Positions 60,470 through 64,000 of a stretch of DNA of 64,000 nucleotides are shown piece by piece. The translations under genes were made by a program, and so were the position numbers. The stretch lies in contig OZ287075.1 in assembly GCA_965645245.1 (NCBI GenBank), forward strand, positions 992,001-1,056,000, written 5' to 3'. The notes under the pieces were generated by a model. That model searched no databases. It saw only the letters and a program-made list of their open reading frames with translations, and was not told the origin of the DNA. The number at the start of each line of letters is the position of its first letter. Positions within the stretch are counted from its first letter, which is position 1. Origin of the DNA: Massalongia carnosa. Taxonomy: Eukaryota.

Positions 60470-61793
60470 CACGCGCTCGCAGAAAAAAAGCGACACCCAA
60501 AAATTTCACCCCATCAAAAAATCCCCCCTTTTCACCAACAACCAGCATCATGGAACGACCCAACACACCTGAACCTAACTCTTCTGAATCTAGAATGCAC
60601 TATCCTACTCCTACAAAAGCTAAAATTCAAGGAGCCGTTGAATTCTGTGATCGCATGGGCATTCTCTAGTTCAAAGAGGACGTTTTTCGTACGTTTAATG
60701 TGAGTCATCATGCCGGCTGGAGAGCTTTAAATCAGGAGAGCTCGCGAAGACATCACAATAAGCCTGATCTTCCTGAAACACGAGGGCGAAAGGCCACCGC
60801 CACCCCGCAAAAAATTTGCGAAATGGAGCGCATCATAGAGGAGGAGGGATTTGAGGCGCGTGCTCTCACCTGGGCACAGTTGGGCTATGAGGTGGGACTT
60901 GAATGCTCGGGACGAATCATACAAATAGCAATGGGAACGATAGACTATCACAAATGCGTCGCATGCAGAAAGGGCTGGGTCAATGAGAAAACAGCTCGTC
61001 GTCGCTTTGATAGGGCCAAATTTATGTTGAAAAGATATCCTGAAAAGTCTGACTGGCATAACGTACGATTCAGTGATGAGGTGCATTTCGGATGGGGTCC
61101 TCAAGATAAACTGTCCATCATTCGCCAGCCGGGCGAAAGATATTGTCAGGACTGTATAGAGCAAGCAGCAGAACCAGATTCTAGAGATGTGAAACGGCAT
61201 CATTGCTGGGCAGCTGTTGCTCACGATTTCAAGTCAGATATTCATTATTACAATGTGCCGGGCAATACCAATGGAAAGATGAGTCAACGGGTATATATTG
61301 ATCAGATTTTGGAGCCGGTGGTCAAGTCGTGGCTTGATCAGGGGCATGACTTCGTGCTTGAAGAAGATGGGGATTCGGGTCATGGACCGAGCAAATCAAA
61401 CATCGTACGCACTTGGAAGGAGACAAATTATCTAAACCATTATTTAAATTGTGCTTCATCACCTGATTTATCTCATGTGGAAAACAGCTGGTCAATTCCG
61501 AAGCAACATCTTCGTAAATATCCTCATTGGGACGATGCGACGACCAAGGAGCTAATTAATGAAGGATGGGATCGTGTTTCTCAGACATTTATTAATGAAA
61601 AAGTTGATGAAATGCCTGATCGGTTGCAAGCAGTCATAGATGGCGAGGGCCAGATGACTGGCTACTAGTTAGATGAATATAATCAGCTTTTCATGATGAT
61701 TAAATGCTGGTTGTTGGTGCTGGTTGTTGATGAAAAGGGGGGATTTGGTGGGGTAAAATTTTTGGGTGTCGCTTTTTTTTCTGCGAGCGCGTG
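60470..61793 (+). mobile_element. Tc1/IS630-like DD37E transposon with CACGCG termini and a 5-bp TSD (ACAGG)
   Basis: ~78-bp TIRs CACGCGCTCGCAGAAAAAAAGCGACACCCAAAAATTT...; direct repeat ACAGG at 60465-60469 and 61794-61798. Confidence 0.92.
60550..61668 (+). pseudogene. DD37E transposase with one premature stop
   Basis: In-frame TAG at 60667-60669 where the paralogue at 11615 has Tyr (IIYFKEDVFR). RFSDEVHFG / VLEEDGDSGHG / SPDLSHVENSW. Confidence 0.88.
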
Positions 61794-62096
61794 ACAGGGC
61801 TAGTAGTTTGGATATGGTTAGCATTATGAAGTTGGGGTTGCGATACTTTATAGATAAAACTAATCCCTGAGGGCCCCAAATGATGCGATTAAAGGGAATG
61901 TAAAAATACAAACAGTATAAACTCTAGGTTCGATTTGCCAACTCGCTGTGTTTCTCGGAGAAAGGCTCCCTACCAAAGGGTTATGAATTCGACCTTTCGC
62001 TCAGACGGTCAAATCGAGCAGTGCAAAGAAAAAGCACCACAAGTGGTCCTCAACCAGACTGCGGGACGAGGCTCATTCCAACTATCCAAAAAGAGG

Positions 62097-63813
62097 TCAC
62101 TCCCAAGGCAAGCCATGGTTTTCAAGATATCCATCCTGGTGCTCTACATCTTCCTCCAGTGCAACCTTTATTTCCTGCTTGTCCTCCTCTTCTTTCACCT
62201 TCCGATTCGAAAACAAGCCGGAAGCCCTCTCACCCAATAGCCTCTGCCCATCCAAAAGCTCCTCAAACTTTTGTGGGGTCTCCTCATTGCCCTCTCTCTC
62301 CTCTTCTGTCGCCCTTAATCCCGAAAGCAGGCCGAAAACCCCCTCAGCCAATAACTTCTGCCCTTCCAGAAGCTCCAAGAACTTTTCGGTTTCTGCGCGC
62401 ATGAACTCGGAGAATCGTTGTGCCAATTGCGCTATGATCCATTCTCTTATTTTATCATCTCCCTCCGCGTCTCCATGCTCAAAGATTAAATTAACAACTC
62501 CCAAAATCTCGTCTATGGAGCTTCTCAAGTGCGGCCCCAGTGCCCTAAGCTTCTTACCAGCCAGAAGCTGAAGGTCCAACAGGTCCAATTTGGCTCCTAT
62601 ACAATAAACAATGCCGCAGCGTAGGGTTTCGACTCGGATTTCATCATCTGTAGCGGTATTCTCAAGATAGGCGTACGCGGTATCTCCATTCATAAGGTTT
62701 GGGGTATATTCCCCCCGTTCCAAATATTCGGCTACAGCAGCAAAGTCCACGGAATTGATCTTGGAGAGGACCGGGTCCATTACATAGTAACCCTCGGTGA
62801 CCGTAAAGCTCCTTTTGCTCTGAAGGAATGCACTGGCATGTATTGATGCAAAAGGAACCTCGAAACGACAGTGCGGGTTGCCGACGTAGATGCCGACGAT
62901 TTTAGGTCTTTGCAACAACTCTGATCAGCTTTAAATTGGTATGGGGATGAAAAAACTTACTCGTCAAGGATACGTGAGCGACCGATTCTCGCAGGGGTCA
63001 TTAGACGGGTAGAGAAGCGTTCCATTGAATCTAGTCTGTTGCTTCTCGTCATCCGTGCTGGATTTCAAGTGGAGCGACGGTAACCATCATCCCGGTATAG
63101 CGCCTTTGGCTTAGGTGGCGACATGGCCTGCATAACTTCTCGCTTTGTTTTCTTCCTAACAGAATCTTTTTTAGCAGCCAACAAACCGTCTTGGTCATCA
63201 TCCTTGTCGTCCAGTCGGTCCCTTTTCAGTCCCGGAGGAGACTGGAACTGCAGTCTAATCTGGAGCGCTCTCGTCTCAGATCGATCCTCCGGATGCCTCT
63301 CTTCACTTTCAAGCGCTACTGCAAACAGTTTGTCCTTCCAATAAGCTAGGTCGTTTCGTCTAAACTGTTCGAGTAATTCTTGATACGCCTTGCGTAGAAC
63401 ATCATCTTTGGTCTTATGCTGGTTCGTCTCTGCCACTGGAATACTAATAGGCTGGAGACACTTTCATGAAACCCAGCAGCTACAGTCATGTTAGCAGATG
63501 ACGAAGAAAAGCTAATGCTTTTGCCAATGCATCCGCATAAAACTTACGGTTTCGTTGTGCCAAGACAGATGGCCGGAAGCTGTCTCCACTGACTCAAAAC
63601 GCCCGAGATCTCATATCCAATCTTCAAATCGCCGCGTTGAGCACTGACTGATCTTGTATTATCGCCGAAATATTGTCGTACCATCTCCTCATCGCAGATG
63701 ACAACAGGCCATGGCTCATTACCATCCTGTTTTACCAACCAATACTCACCAGGTGTTACAATAGATTGAGCTCGTCCTGTATTATTTTTCACCGAAGGCA
63801 TGACAGGACCCAT
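62097..63813 (-). pseudogene. Hypothetical gene with a PWWP-like N-terminus and BTB-like C-terminal domain, apparently disrupted
   Basis: YWLVKQDGNEPWPVVICDEEM; DFAAVAEYLERGEYTP...VYCIGAKLDLLDLQLLAGKKL. The obvious splice path gives an in-frame TGA near 63465 and no clean frame across 62960-63070. Confidence 0.5.
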
Positions 63814-64000
63814 TATTCAAAACGATCTGGTAAGTTATTTGAACCAAATTATTGAATAAACTATGAAATACTACTGAGCAAGATCTGTTGAAGAGATTTG
63901 CACAGCCTCGAATCACTTGGTGAAACTATGATTGTTGCAGCGAAGAATATTCTTAGGATAAGTCAACGTTAAGGCTCAATCAAGTATCATATAAGAGTAG

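Overview
Intron-containing genomic DNA of a filamentous ascomycete (Pezizomycotina-type genes; the exact taxon cannot be read from the sequence). Conserved-looking genes: a sterol esterase/lipase (1.3-3.4 kb), and from 26.6 kb onward a MAD1-like CFEM/GPI adhesin, an Ifh1/Crf1-like acidic protein, a Psk1/Ypk3-like AGC kinase, a 1022-aa intronless protein, a zf-PARP protein, a ZNFX1-like helicase, a CHZ-like protein and a BTB protein. Between about 3.9 and 25.1 kb lies an accessory region. Its core (5613-16648) is an 11-kb nest of six DNA transposons from four lineages (one MULE, three Tc1/IS630-like, one pogo, one piggyBac) whose left part is built on a small palindromic element. It is flanked by decaying genes and an apparently intact HeLo-like/ubiquitin-like gene. 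Most unusual signals: (1) a DD37E/DD38E Tc1/IS630-like family present twice, with CACGCG...CGCGTG ends and a 5-bp NCAGG target site instead of TA; (2) elements flanked by inverted copies of neighbouring DNA (124 bp and 54 bp perfect); (3) a MULE with an apparent TA duplication and a piggyBac bounded by CTAT/ATAG; (4) a Chs7-like chaperone fused in frame to an unrelated, decaying domain. Exon boundaries were read by eye and are approximate. No database searches were run, so family names come from recognised motifs.
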